Assembly: GCF_027492755.1 (NCBI RefSeq)
Contig: NZ_JAPUED010000125.1
Location: 1 to 60,661, forward strand
Source: Micropruina sp.
Lineage (GTDB): Bacteria > Actinomycetota > Actinomycetes > Propionibacteriales > Propionibacteriaceae
Reading direction: 5' to 3'
DNA length: 60,661 nt
Below the pieces are notes generated by a model. It saw only the letters and a program-made list of their open reading frames with translations, made no database searches and was not told where the DNA came from. Positions 9,943 to 19,329 of this stretch are shown one piece after another (the first letter of the stretch is position 1; each line of letters opens with the position of its first letter). A program made the translations under genes and the position numbers.

Positions 9943-11337
9943 TCAGCGCTGGACGGCGCGCTGCTTGATCCGGTTGGTGAGCTCGGCGACCTGGTTGAAG
10001 ACCTTGCGGTCCTCACCCATCAGGTGGCGGATCTTCTTGTTGGCGTGCATCACGGTGGTGTGATCGCGTCCGCCGAACGACTGGCCGATCTTCGGCAACG
10101 ACAGATCGGTCAACTCCCGGCACAGGTACATCGCCATTTGCCGGGCGATCACCACACCCTGGACGCGGCTGGCGCCACACAGATCGTCGGTGCTGATCGA
10201 GAAGTACGCGGCCGTCTCGGACTGGATCAGGTTCGCGGTGATCGGGGTGTCGTCGCCGTGCTGGATCAGATCGCGCAGCACCACTTCGGCGAGCGGCAGA
10301 TCGACCTCCTGGCGGTTCAGGCTGGCAAAGGCCGTCACCCGGATCAGCGCACCCTCGAGCTCGCGGATGTTGGTGGGGATCTTGCTGGCGATGAACTCTA
10401 GGACGTCGGGACCGGCGGTCAGCCGCTCGGCGGCCGCCTTCTTGCGCAGGATCGCGATCCGGGTCTCCAGGTCGGGTGGCTGGATGTCGGTCATCAGCCC
10501 CCACTCGAACCGGCTGCGCAGCCGGGGTTCCAGCGCCTCCAACGATTTCGGCGGCCGATCGGAGGTGATCACGATCTGCTTCTGCGCCGTGTGCAACGTG
10601 TTGAAGGTGTGGAAGAACTCCTCCTGGGTCTGGATCTTCGACTCCAGGAACTGGATGTCGTCGATCAGCAGCACGTCCACGTCGCGGTAGGTGCGGCGGA
10701 AGTCCGCCGTCCGGTTGTCGCTGATGGCGTTGATGAAGTCGTTGGTCAGCTCTTCGGTAGAGACGTACTTGACCCGGCGGTTGGCGTGATAGCTGCGCAC
10801 GTAGTGACCCAGCGCATGCAGCAGGTGGGTCTTGCCCAGTCCCGACTCGCCGTAGATCATCAACGGGTTGTACGCCTTGCCGGGCGCCTCGGCCACAGCC
10901 ACCGCGGCCGCGTGCGCGAACCGGTTGGAGCTGCCGATGACGAAGGACTCGAAGGTGTACTTCGGGTTCAGCCGGCCGCCGGACTGGTCGTCGACCAGGA
11001 CGCGCTCGGTCGGCTGTTCGGAGTTCGTCTCGGCCTGCCCGGCCGGGAAATCGTCCTCGCTGAGCTCGCCGGCACCGGGCAGCACCACGGTGGCGATGCC
11101 GATCGGGCGTCCGAAGTAGGTGGTCAGCTGATCCTCCACCCAGCCGCGAAGGCGGGATTCCACCCGGCCGCGGGTGAATTCGTTGGGCACGCTGACGATC
11201 ACCGTGTTGTCCTGCATGGTGGCGGCATGCGTGCTGCGCAGCCAGGCGCGGGAAGGGGGATCGGCTTCCGACCAGACGAACCGCCAGGCATCCTCGAGAT
11301 CAACGGGACCGGGAGTCGTGGCCTGATGGTCGGGCAC
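9943..11337 (-). CDS. dnaA: Chromosomal replication initiator DnaA
   Basis: LNPKYTFESFVIG, Walker A GESGLGKTH, DDIQF, GGRDHTTV. GTG at 11337 has a GGGAAGGGAG RBS; the longer ORF start overlaps DnaA boxes. Confidence 0.98.
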   Translation of the reverse strand: MPDHQATTPGPVDLEDAWRFVWSEADPPSRAWLRSTHAATMQDNTVIVSVPNEFTRGRVESRLRGWVEDQLTTYFGRPIGIATVVLPGAGELSEDDFPAGQAETNSEQPTERVLVDDQSGGRLNPKYTFESFVIGSSNRFAHAAAVAVAEAPGKAYNPLMIYGESGLGKTHLLHALGHYVRSYHANRRVKYVSTEELTNDFINAISDNRTADFRRTYRDVDVLLIDDIQFLESKIQTQEEFFHTFNTLHTAQKQIVITSDRPPKSLEALEPRLRSRFEWGLMTDIQPPDLETRIAILRKKAAAERLTAGPDVLEFIASKIPTNIRELEGALIRVTAFASLNRQEVDLPLAEVVLRDLIQHGDDTPITANLIQSETAAYFSISTDDLCGASRVQGVVIARQMAMYLCRELTDLSLPKIGQSFGGRDHTTVMHANKKIRHLMGEDRKVFNQVAELTNRIKQRAVQR

Positions 11338-11378
11338 CTTGCGCTCCCTTCCCTGCGAGGTACTGCTCGGTCGACCAG

Positions 11379-11400
11379 TCATCCACACGAGTTATCCACA
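11379..11400 (+). promoter_or_regulatory. DnaA boxes upstream of dnaA (autoregulation / second oriC half)
   Basis: TCATCCACA at 11379-11387 and TTATCCACA at 11392-11400. Confidence 0.85.
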
Positions 11401-11693
11401 GGCTGTGAATGGGAGCACGGCCCCACGGGAACGATGCCGCGTGACAGGTCAACGGAGCGAAACGCTAGTCGGCCCGGGGGCCATCCGCAAACTGATTCCC
11501 AGAAAAAACAGACCCTCTCGGCGTGTCGGCTCGACGACGTTCGGGAGCGCTCGGTTTGCCCAGAGTCGGACCGGACGCGTAACCTTGGCAGGTCGCCACC
11601 AGCGACCCCTCGCGTGTGCCCACAGTGGGCGCATCGGTTCGAGCACAATATGCAAACCAAGCAAGACAGCGAAACTGAACGGGGAGCACTTCC

Positions 11694-11831
11694 GTGAGCA
11701 AGCGCACTTTCCAGCCGAGCAACCGGCGCCGCAGCCGCACCCATGGCTTCCGCCTCCGCATGCGCACCCGTGCCGGGCGCGCCATCATCTCGGCCCGCCG
11801 CAGCCGGGGCCGCGCCCGCCTCGCCGGCTGA
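11694..11831 (+). CDS. rpmH: 50S ribosomal protein L34 (not in ORF track)
   Basis: Manual translation [45 protein letters not shown]; GGGGAG RBS. Confidence 0.97.
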   Translation: MSKRTFQPSNRRRSRTHGFRLRMRTRAGRAIISARRSRGRARLAG

Positions 11832-11854
11832 CCAAAAGCCCGACGAGCCGTCAG

Positions 11855-12187
11855 GTGCTGGCCAAGGCCGCGCGGCTTCGCACCGCCGAGGACTTCCGCT
11901 CCACCATGCGCCGGGGCGTCCGTTGCGGACGTCCCGGTCTGGTGCTGCACATGGTGCGTACCGATCAGCCGCCGTCCCGAGCGGGCTTCGTGGTGTCGAA
12001 AGCGGTCGGCAACGCCGTCCGGCGTAACCGCGTGAAGCGACAACTCCGGCATCTGGTCGCCGAGCGGCTGGCTGGAGTTCCGTTCGACGTCGATGTCGTG
12101 GTGCGGGCGCTCCCCCACGCCGGTGGAGTGGCCGCCGACCTCGACTCGGCCTGGACGTCGGCCACCCGCCGCCTGGATGCGTCGTGA
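11855..12187 (+). CDS. rnpA: Ribonuclease P protein component
   Basis: RAGFVVSKAVGNAVRRNRVKRQLR motif; GTG at 11855. Confidence 0.95.
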   Translation: MLAKAARLRTAEDFRSTMRRGVRCGRPGLVLHMVRTDQPPSRAGFVVSKAVGNAVRRNRVKRQLRHLVAERLAGVPFDVDVVVRALPHAGGVAADLDSAWTSATRRLDAS

Positions 12188-12483
12188 AGTCCGTCCTGAT
12201 CGCCCTGCTCAAGGGGTATCGCGCGGTGATCAGCCCGATCTACGGCCAGGTGTGCAAGTACTACCCGTCCTGCTCGGCCTACGCCCTGGAGGCCGTGACC
12301 GTGCACGGCGCCTGGCGTGGCACCGGTCTGGCTCTGCGTCGCCTCGGACGCTGTCATCCCTGGTCACTGGGCGGTTACGACCCGGTTCCGGGTACCGCCG
12401 CAGCCCAGGCCTGGGCCGCTGAGCAGGCTGGCGCCGTCCCCCATGAGTTCCACTCTTCAACCGAACATCGAGGAGCAACGTGA
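12184..12483 (+). CDS. yidD: Membrane protein insertion efficiency factor
   Basis: ISP..GQVCKYYPSCSAYA...RCHPWSLGGYDPVP. Confidence 0.95.
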   Translation: MKSVLIALLKGYRAVISPIYGQVCKYYPSCSAYALEAVTVHGAWRGTGLALRRLGRCHPWSLGGYDPVPGTAAAQAWAAEQAGAVPHEFHSSTEHRGAT

Positions 12484-13601
12484 TCCCACCGATTCCGCAG
12501 ATCGTGCCGATGGACCTGTGGGGTGATTTCCTCGGTGCGCTGAACACCATGATGCAGCCGCTGTACCTGGCGGTGTCGTGGATCATGTCCAGTTTCCACA
12601 CCCTGTACGCCTCGTTCCTCGGCCCCGAGAGCGGCTGGTCCTGGGCGCTCGCGATCATCTCGCTGACCGTGGTGATCCGTACCCTGCTGATTCCCCTGTT
12701 CGTCCGGCAGATCCGTTCGTCGCGCAATATGCAGATCCTGCAGCCGCAGCTGAAGGCGCTTCAGGAGAAGTACGGCCACGACCGTGAACGTCTCGGCCAG
12801 GAGACGATGAAGCTGTACAAGGAGGAAGGCGTCAATCCGATGGCGTCGTGTCTTCCGCTGGTACTGCAGATGCCGATCTTCATCGCGTTGTACCAGGTGT
12901 TGTGGAACGCGTCCCAGGGTCACGCAATCGGCGTGCTGAGCGTTGAGCAGTCCGAGTCGCTGCGGAACGCCACCATCTTCGGCGCCAAGCTGTCCGGCAT
13001 CTTCTGGCCGCTGACGAACGGTTTCGGCGCCACCCAGATTCTTTGTGCCGTGCTGGTGATCAGCATGACCGCGGTGCTCTTCGTCACGCAGCTGCAGCTG
13101 ATGCGGAAGAACATGCCGCCCGAGGCGCTGACCGGGCAGTTCGCGCAGCAGCAGAAGATCATGCTGTACGTCTTCCCGTTCATGTACCTGTTCATGGGTG
13201 TGAACATTCCGGTGGGCGTGCTGCTCTACTGGCTGGTCTCGAACGTCTGGACGATGGTGCAGCAGTACATCCTGATCCACAACAACCCGGCCCCGAACAC
13301 TCCCGCCTACCTCGACTGGGAAGAGCGGATGCGCGCCAAGGGCAAGGATCCCGACGAGCTGGCGCGCAAGCGGGCCGGCAAGAACCGGCGCCAGGCCCCC
13401 ACGCCGCCGGCGGCCGACACCAGCAAGGTCGCCCGCCAGGGCGGCAAGCCGTCCGGTTCGACGACGTCGGACGAGGGCACCGGCTCGACCGGTGGTGGTG
13501 TGCAGCGTCAGCAGGTGCAGCGGCAGCAGCCGCAACGGAGCAACCGTGCCTCCCGTAAGCAGGGGCCGCCCAAGCCGAAGACCAACCCCGGCCAGGCCTG
13601 A
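12480..13601 (+). CDS. yidC: Membrane protein insertase YidC
   Basis: IRTLLIPLFVRQ, NPMASCLP...QMPIF, LYWLVSN; basic Q/R-rich tail. Confidence 0.95.
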   Translation: MIPPIPQIVPMDLWGDFLGALNTMMQPLYLAVSWIMSSFHTLYASFLGPESGWSWALAIISLTVVIRTLLIPLFVRQIRSSRNMQILQPQLKALQEKYGHDRERLGQETMKLYKEEGVNPMASCLPLVLQMPIFIALYQVLWNASQGHAIGVLSVEQSESLRNATIFGAKLSGIFWPLTNGFGATQILCAVLVISMTAVLFVTQLQLMRKNMPPEALTGQFAQQQKIMLYVFPFMYLFMGVNIPVGVLLYWLVSNVWTMVQQYILIHNNPAPNTPAYLDWEERMRAKGKDPDELARKRAGKNRRQAPTPPAADTSKVARQGGKPSGSTTSDEGTGSTGGGVQRQQVQRQQPQRSNRASRKQGPPKPKTNPGQA

Positions 13602-13629
13602 TCAGGCCCGACAGGAGAGAAACGAAACG

Positions 13630-14157
13630 ATGAGCGACGTGGAAACCGAAACAGAGGTCGCCGAGGCGCCCGCCGGTGAGGAGTCGAACCGGTCCAAGCG
13701 CGAGCAGGCTCTGGTGAACGAGGGCGAGATCGCCGCCGACTACCTGGAGGAGCTGCTCGACATCGCCGACCTGGACGGCGACATCGACACCTTCACCGAG
13801 GGCGGTCGGGCGCATGTGTCGATCGTCACCGACACCGATCTGCTGGTCGGCCGGGACGGCGAGGTACTCGAGGCACTGCAGGAACTGGCCCGCCTCGCCG
13901 TGATGACCGAGACCGGACACCGCTCCCGGCTGATGCTCGACGTGGCCGGTCACCGCGACAAGCGCCGCAAGGAACTGGAGATCCTGGCCAAGGACGCCAT
14001 CGCCGAGGTCGTCGAGACCGGTGAGCCCGTCCGGCTCTCGCCGATGAACCCGTTCGAGCGCAAGATCGTGCACGACGTCGTCGCCGGCGCCGGTTTGGTC
14101 AGCGAGTCCGAGGACGAAGAGCCGCGCCGCCGCGTCGTGGTGCTGCCCAAGAACTGA
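13630..14157 (+). CDS. jag: Jag/KhpB family KH-R3H RNA-binding protein
   Basis: EGEIAADYLEELLDIADLDGDI, PMNPFERKIVHD (R3H); ATG at 13630 with AGGAG RBS. Confidence 0.93.
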   Translation: MSDVETETEVAEAPAGEESNRSKREQALVNEGEIAADYLEELLDIADLDGDIDTFTEGGRAHVSIVTDTDLLVGRDGEVLEALQELARLAVMTETGHRSRLMLDVAGHRDKRRKELEILAKDAIAEVVETGEPVRLSPMNPFERKIVHDVVAGAGLVSESEDEEPRRRVVVLPKN

Positions 14158-14169
14158 CGCAAGACACGG

Positions 14170-14210
14170 GAACGGCCGGGGGATCACTCCCCCGGCCGTT
14201 CTGTATATTT
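14170..14210 (+). terminator. Intrinsic terminator after jag
   Basis: 14-bp stem GAACGGCCGGGGGA/TCAC/TCCCCCGGCCGTTC followed by TGTATATTT. Confidence 0.8.
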
Positions 14211-14232
14211 CCGCGTCCTTCGGAGTGATCGT

Positions 14233-14267
14233 GGGCACGGTTCTCCAGGTCACGGGGAACGTGTCTC
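14233..14267. repeat. Degenerate copy of REP-like family 2
   Basis: GGGCACGGTTCTCCAGGTCAC matches 5585-5605 at 19/21 positions, followed by a decayed opposite arm. Confidence 0.6.
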
Positions 14268-14348
14268 GGCACGAGCCGCGCCGAAGAGCTGGGCTTGGGA
14301 CTGGACGAGGATCGACGGTAGGGCGCCGATCCCTGTAGACAGGAGTAC

Positions 14349-14945
14349 GTGGAAATCGCACGCGAGGTCTTCGGCGAAAGCTATGAAACCGCCCGTAAAT
14401 ATGTCGACATATTGACAAGTCGAGGTGTCGACTGGGGATTGATCGGGCCGCGTGAGGTGGACCGGATCTGGCCGCGACATGTGCTGAACTCATTGGCCAT
14501 CGCGCCCATGATCGGCGATGGGCGCACGCTGGTCGATGTCGGGTCGGGCGCGGGCCTGCCTGGTATCCCGCTGGCCATCCAGCGACCGGATCTGTCGGTG
14601 ACGCTGCTCGAGCCGCTGCTCAGACGGGCGAACTTCCTCACCGAGGTCGTCGCCGAACTGGGCCTGGACGATCGCGTCACGGTGGTGCGCGGGCGCGCCG
14701 AGGAGCACCGCGCGCGCTACGACGTGGTCACCGCACGGGCTGTGGCGGCACTACCCAAGCTGCTGGGTTGGTGCTTGCCCCTGCTGGCGTCGCGGGGTGA
14801 ACTGCTGGCGCTGAAGGGCGAAAGCGCCGAGCAGGAACTGGTCGAGGCGCAGAAGCTGCTCCGCCGAGGGCGGCTGAGTGGCGAAGTGGTCAAGGTCCCC
14901 ACGCCTGGCACGGACGAGACCACCTGGGTGGTTCGCATCCGCTGA
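14349..14945 (+). CDS. rsmG: 16S rRNA m7G527 methyltransferase
   Basis: GLIGPRE..RIW.RH, DVGSGAGLPG, VVTARAVA; upstream of parA. Confidence 0.95.
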   Translation: MEIAREVFGESYETARKYVDILTSRGVDWGLIGPREVDRIWPRHVLNSLAIAPMIGDGRTLVDVGSGAGLPGIPLAIQRPDLSVTLLEPLLRRANFLTEVVAELGLDDRVTVVRGRAEEHRARYDVVTARAVAALPKLLGWCLPLLASRGELLALKGESAEQELVEAQKLLRRGRLSGEVVKVPTPGTDETTWVVRIR

Positions 14946-14952
14946 AGCTGTT

Positions 14953-14998
14953 GGTCGGGCTTGTCGAGACACTCGGAGGGATCTCGAGAAGCTCGATC
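14953..14998. repeat. REP-like palindrome, family 1 (degenerate)
   Basis: GGTCGGGCTTGTCGAGAC ... GATCTCGAGAAGCTCGATC just after the rsmG stop. Confidence 0.7.
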
Positions 14999-15126
14999 AG
15001 TGGCGTGTGGGGTGCGATTGCCCAGCCACGCCCGCGCGTAGACGCTCGTCCCCGGTCTGCGGCTGTAGGCTCGGAAGCCGAGCATTCGGCCCGACGAAAG
15101 CAGGCAGGTAACCCTCAATGGCGTCC

Positions 15127-15140
15127 GTTTCACGTGGAAC
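15127..15140. promoter_or_regulatory. parS: parS site
   Basis: GTTTCACGTGGAAC, 1 mismatch to GTTTCACGTGAAAC. Confidence 0.88.
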
Positions 15141-15167
15141 ACTTCCCCCTCTGACGGGAGCACTACT

Positions 15168-16064
15168 GTGACGCAATCCACAGCCCCGCGCCGCGTGGCC
15201 TACGACACTGTCGAGTTCACCGCTCCGCCGGTGGAGTTGCCTGACGCCTCCGTTCCACGTGAAACGTCGGCGCTTCCAGCGCCTGACACCCCCCGCGTGA
15301 TCGTGATCGCGAACCAGAAGGGTGGCGTCGGAAAGACCACGACCGCCGTCAATCTCGCGGCCGGACTCGCCCGTGGCGGCCTCAACGTGTTGGTGATCGA
15401 CCTCGATCCGCAGGGCAACGCATCCACGGCACTCGGTGTCGAACACGAGGCCGGCGTGTCCGGGACCTATGAGGTGCTGATCGACGGCGAGGCGATCGAG
15501 CGTCACGTCCAGCCCTGCCCGGACGTCGATGGACTATGGGTCCTCCCGGCCACGATCGACCTGGCCGGTGCCGAGATCGCGCTGGTCGACAAGCCCGGAC
15601 GCGAGAGCCGGCTGTTACGGGCCATCGATCGGCTGACCGTCCGTCACCGCATCGACTACATCTTCATCGACTGTCCCCCGTCGCTGGGCCTGTTGACCCT
15701 CAACGCTCTGGTGGCTGCCCAGGAACTCCTGGTTCCGATCCAGTGCGAGTACTACGCGTTGGAGGGCGTGTCCCAGTTGCTGCGCACGATCGACCTGGTC
15801 AAAGGCAGCATGAACGAGCGGCTGCGGCTCTCCACCGTCGTCCTGACTATGTTCGACGGACGTACCCGGCTCTCGACGCAGGTGGCGAACGAGGTGCGCA
15901 CCCACTTCCCCACCGAGACGCTGACCACGGCGATCCCCCGCTCTGTGCGAGTCTCCGAAGCACCCAGCTATGGCCAGACGGTGATCACCTATCACCAGGC
16001 GTCGGCTGGAGCGCAGGCCTATCTCGCCGCCGCGGAAGAGATCGCCCGACGCGGTGCGAAGTAG
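15168..16064 (+). CDS. parA: Chromosome partitioning ATPase ParA/Soj
   Basis: NQKGGVGKTTT, DLDPQGNAS, DCPPSLG, QCEYYALEG, IPRSVRVSEAPS. Confidence 0.96.
   Translation: MTQSTAPRRVAYDTVEFTAPPVELPDASVPRETSALPAPDTPRVIVIANQKGGVGKTTTAVNLAAGLARGGLNVLVIDLDPQGNASTALGVEHEAGVSGTYEVLIDGEAIERHVQPCPDVDGLWVLPATIDLAGAEIALVDKPGRESRLLRAIDRLTVRHRIDYIFIDCPPSLGLLTLNALVAAQELLVPIQCEYYALEGVSQLLRTIDLVKGSMNERLRLSTVVLTMFDGRTRLSTQVANEVRTHFPTETLTTAIPRSVRVSEAPSYGQTVITYHQASAGAQAYLAAAEEIARRGAK
15252..15265. promoter_or_regulatory. parS: parS site within the 5' part of parA
   Basis: GTTCCACGTGAAAC, 1 mismatch to consensus; reads VPRET in the parA frame. Confidence 0.88.
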
Positions 16065-16101
16065 GCGAGCGGCCTCCAGTGAGTGAAGTGAAAGGACGAC
16101 G

Positions 16102-17007
16102 ATGACCGTCACGAAATCACGTTCCGGATTGGGCAGGGGCCTCGGTGACCTGATTCACCGCACGGACCCGGAACTGGAACCGCAGCGACCCGAGCCGCTG
16201 GCGGTCGAGCCACCAGAGGGCTCGTACTACGCCGAGCTTCCGGTGGACAGCATCCGTCCCAACCCCAAGCAGCCGCGCCAGGTGTTCGAAGAGGACGCTT
16301 TGGATGAGTTGGTGGAGTCGATCCGCGAAGTCGGGCTATTGCAGCCGATCGTGGCGCGCCCGCTGGGGAACGATCACTACGAACTGGTGATGGGGGAGCG
16401 CCGCCTGCGGGCGAGCCAAGCGGCGGGGCTGGCCACGATCCCCGCGATCGTGCGGCCGACGTCCGAGCACGACCTGTTGCGGGACGCCCTGCTCGAGAAC
16501 CTGCACCGCGCGCAGCTCAATCCGTTGGAGGAGGCGGCCGCCTACCAGCAGCTGCTGACAGACTTCGACTGCACGCAGGAAGAGCTCTCCACCCGGATCA
16601 AGCGCAGCCGTCCGCACATCAGCAACACGATCCGGTTGCTCCAGTTGCCGGCGCCGGTTCAGCGGCGGGTTGCCGCAGGTGTGCTGAGTGCCGGTCACGC
16701 TCGCGCGATCCTCGGTTTGGGCGATCCGCTGGCAATGGAGCGGCTGGCGCAGCGCGTGGTGGCCGAGAATCTCTCGGTGCGGGCGGTCGAAGAGATCGTC
16801 GCCCTTGGTGACGGACGCGAGCCCAAGGCTCCCCGGCAACGGATCACCCGTGAGCCGAGCGAGCGGGCGTCCGGTCTCGCGGAGCGCCTGGTCGAACGCC
16901 TGGACACGCGGGTCAATGTGGTGATGGGCGCCAAGGGACGCGGTCGCATCGTGATCGACTTCGCGAACGACGACGACCTCGGACGCCTCGTCGAGCTGCT
17001 GGCCTGA
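16102..17007 (+). CDS. parB: Chromosome partitioning protein ParB
   Basis: GLGRGL, PNPKQPR, GERRLRA, ENLHR..LNPLEEA, HTH. Confidence 0.96.
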   Translation: MTVTKSRSGLGRGLGDLIHRTDPELEPQRPEPLAVEPPEGSYYAELPVDSIRPNPKQPRQVFEEDALDELVESIREVGLLQPIVARPLGNDHYELVMGERRLRASQAAGLATIPAIVRPTSEHDLLRDALLENLHRAQLNPLEEAAAYQQLLTDFDCTQEELSTRIKRSRPHISNTIRLLQLPAPVQRRVAAGVLSAGHARAILGLGDPLAMERLAQRVVAENLSVRAVEEIVALGDGREPKAPRQRITREPSERASGLAERLVERLDTRVNVVMGAKGRGRIVIDFANDDDLGRLVELLA

Positions 17008-17079
17008 GCAGAAGCCGAAAGTGCCCTCAGCCCGGGCTCGCCCCGGGATCTCGTCGTGCGCGCCGCCGCGGTAGACAGA

Positions 17080-17133
17080 GAGAACCGTCCGGTGTCCGAG
17101 AGAACCGTCCCCGGTGACCACGGGGACGGTTCT
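17080..17133. repeat. REP-like palindrome cluster, family 2
   Basis: GAGAACCGTCC (17080-17090), GAGAACCGTCCCC (17100-17112), GGGGACGGTTCT (17122-17133). Confidence 0.8.
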
Positions 17134-17254
17134 TCTGGTTGCCCAGTTCCCAGCCATTTGTCAATAAGAATATTTGTCGATAAATAGCCTTGTAGTGAGG
17201 CTGCTCGGCGGGACGGTGGCGTCCAGACCGGCGATCGCGGGTAGCCTCGGCAGG

Positions 17255-17644
17255 GTGATCACCGCCGAAGACGTGCCTGCTGTTCGCTCCGCCCTGCTGC
17301 GCTATCGGGTGATGGCGTGGATCGTGGGCGTGCTGCTGGTGGTGCTGGTCTGCGTCGGCGTACCGATGAAGTACTTCGGGCACAACGACACCGTGGTGAC
17401 CTGGACGGGTATGCCGCACGGCTGGCTCTACCTGCTGCTCTTGATCACCGCCTACGATCTCGGACGCCGGGTGAACTGGCCGTGGCTGCGGCTGATCCTG
17501 ATCGCACTGGCCGGCACGGTGCCGTTCCTGTCCTTCGTGGCCGAACGCTACGCGACCAAGGACGTCCACCAGCGGTTGGCCGAGGCAGAGAACGGGGGAG
17601 TGGTCGGCGACGACCAGCCCGAGGTGCGGGCAGCTGAGGGCTAG
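17255..17644 (+). CDS. DUF3817 family small membrane protein
   Basis: RYRVMAWIVG, HGWLY, AGTVPFLSFVAER; GTG at 17255 lies 7 nt after TAGCCT. Confidence 0.85.
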   Translation: MITAEDVPAVRSALLRYRVMAWIVGVLLVVLVCVGVPMKYFGHNDTVVTWTGMPHGWLYLLLLITAYDLGRRVNWPWLRLILIALAGTVPFLSFVAERYATKDVHQRLAEAENGGVVGDDQPEVRAAEG

Positions 17645-18357
17645 GCGTCCCTGCCGGCCCCCATACCGCTGGTGCGGGCGCCGCGTTTGCCCATGCTGTG
17701 GGCGATCTTCCAGGTCATTCCGAGCGCGAACAGTGCGAACACCCACCACTGCAGGGCGTAGCCGCTGTTGCGCCACGAGCCCTCGCCGTCCGGGAGGGTG
17801 ACGGACGCCGGCGCCAGCCCCTGCTGCCCGGACTCGGTCGAGTCCAGGGTGATGAAGCCGGGCATGAGCGGTTCGTCCCAGAGCTGCGCCAGTTGCGGCA
17901 GCCGGACGGAACCGAGGTTATAACCCCTAACCAACGAATGATCGGCACCGGGTTCGGAGGGCAGGAAGATGCCGGTCTGGACATGCTCGCCATTCGGCGG
18001 AGGGGGCGCGTCGGCACCCTGAGGGATGGTCCCCCGCACGACGGGGAGCACCCGGCCGTCGGCCAGCTGCAGTGCCGACAGCACCCGGACCACCCCGTCG
18101 GCACCGAGCACCCGCTCCTGCTGATCCGGCAGATAGTGCCCGGCGACACTGGTGGGCTTGCCGTAGATGTCGCCGACGGTGCCATCGGTTGAGACGAAAT
18201 CGAGCAGCGGCACCGGCGCCTGTTGCGCACGTGCCTGTGCGGACGCGTTGCCCTGGTCGGTGAACACCTGCAGCTGCCACAGCCCGAGCCAGGTCATCAC
18301 CACCGCCGCCACCACACCGGCGAGCAGCACCAGCGCCTGTTTCACCCGCAGCGGCAT
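17641..18357 (-). CDS. SURF1 family protein
   Basis: LGLWQ near the N-terminus, VVRG, and NSGYALQWWVFA near the C-terminus. Confidence 0.85.
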   Translation of the reverse strand: MPLRVKQALVLLAGVVAAVVMTWLGLWQLQVFTDQGNASAQARAQQAPVPLLDFVSTDGTVGDIYGKPTSVAGHYLPDQQERVLGADGVVRVLSALQLADGRVLPVVRGTIPQGADAPPPPNGEHVQTGIFLPSEPGADHSLVRGYNLGSVRLPQLAQLWDEPLMPGFITLDSTESGQQGLAPASVTLPDGEGSWRNSGYALQWWVFALFALGMTWKIAHSMGKRGARTSGMGAGRDA

Positions 18358-18360
18358 CGT

Positions 18361-19320
18361 TCAGCCCCGGACGCCGGACGGGCCCCGGCTGTACGCCTGT
18401 CGGACCAGCGCGGCGCACAGCCGGCCGAAGTCCTCGCCGGCTGCTTCGACCGCCAGCGGTACCAAGGACGTCTCGGTCATGCCGGGGGAGACGTTGGTCT
18501 CGATGAACACCGGGCCGTCGGGGCCGACGATGATGTCGGTGCGGGACAGATCACGCAGCCCGAGGCTCCCGTGCACCCGCAGCGCCAGGTCGGCGCAGGC
18601 CTGAGCCACGTCGTCGTCCAGTTCGGCGGGACAGATGAACCGAGTCTCGCCGGCGGTGTAGCGGGCGGTGTAGTCGTAGACGCCCGAGCGCGGCCGGATC
18701 TCCACGGCGGGCAGTGCCCGCGGGCCGTCGCCGGTGTCCACCACGGTGACGGCGACCTCGGTGCCCTCGATGAACTGCTCGATCACGGCCATCTCGCCGT
18801 AGGCGTAAGCCGCCACCATCGCGCCGGGCAGTGCTGCGGCACTCGACACCTTGGTACAACCCAGCGCCGATCCGCTGCGGTTCGGCTTCACGATCAGCGG
18901 TAGTCCAAGCCGTTCGACGAGCGCCGCGACCAGCGCCTGTGCGCCGAGTTCGCGGAAGACCGAGTTCGGCAGAGCGACCTGGGCCGGCTTGGTGACCTCC
19001 AGCAGCGGTGTGCAGATCGACTTGTCGAAGGCCCGCTGTGAGGCCGGACCGGTCGATCCGACATAGGGCACGCCGAACAGGTCCAGCACTTCGCGCAGCG
19101 AACCGTCCTCACCGTCGCCGCCGTGCAGCACCGGGAACACCACGGCGTCCGGGGTGGCGGCGAGCAGTTCGGCCAGCCCGCGGGTGACGTCCGCCTCGAT
19201 CACGCTCAAGCCCTGGTCACGCAGCGCTTGAGCGACCCGGCGTCCGGATCGCAGCGACACGTCACGTTCGTGGGAGAGTCCTCCGGCGAGGACGACGACG
19301 GTGCCCGGTTGGCTGCTCAT
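18361..19320 (-). CDS. D-alanine--D-alanine ligase family ATP-grasp protein
   Basis: GGLSHERDVSLRSG, LHGGDGEDG, VKPNRSGSALG, ETNVSPGMT. Confidence 0.88.
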   Translation of the reverse strand: MSSQPGTVVVLAGGLSHERDVSLRSGRRVAQALRDQGLSVIEADVTRGLAELLAATPDAVVFPVLHGGDGEDGSLREVLDLFGVPYVGSTGPASQRAFDKSICTPLLEVTKPAQVALPNSVFRELGAQALVAALVERLGLPLIVKPNRSGSALGCTKVSSAAALPGAMVAAYAYGEMAVIEQFIEGTEVAVTVVDTGDGPRALPAVEIRPRSGVYDYTARYTAGETRFICPAELDDDVAQACADLALRVHGSLGLRDLSRTDIIVGPDGPVFIETNVSPGMTETSLVPLAVEAAGEDFGRLCAALVRQAYSRGPSGVRG

Positions 19321-19329
19321 GGCTGATCC

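Noticed and set aside
11339-11854. Long N-terminal extension of the rnpA ORF
   Set aside because: Overlaps the dnaA promoter and rpmH in another frame; the RnpA domain starts at GTG 11855.
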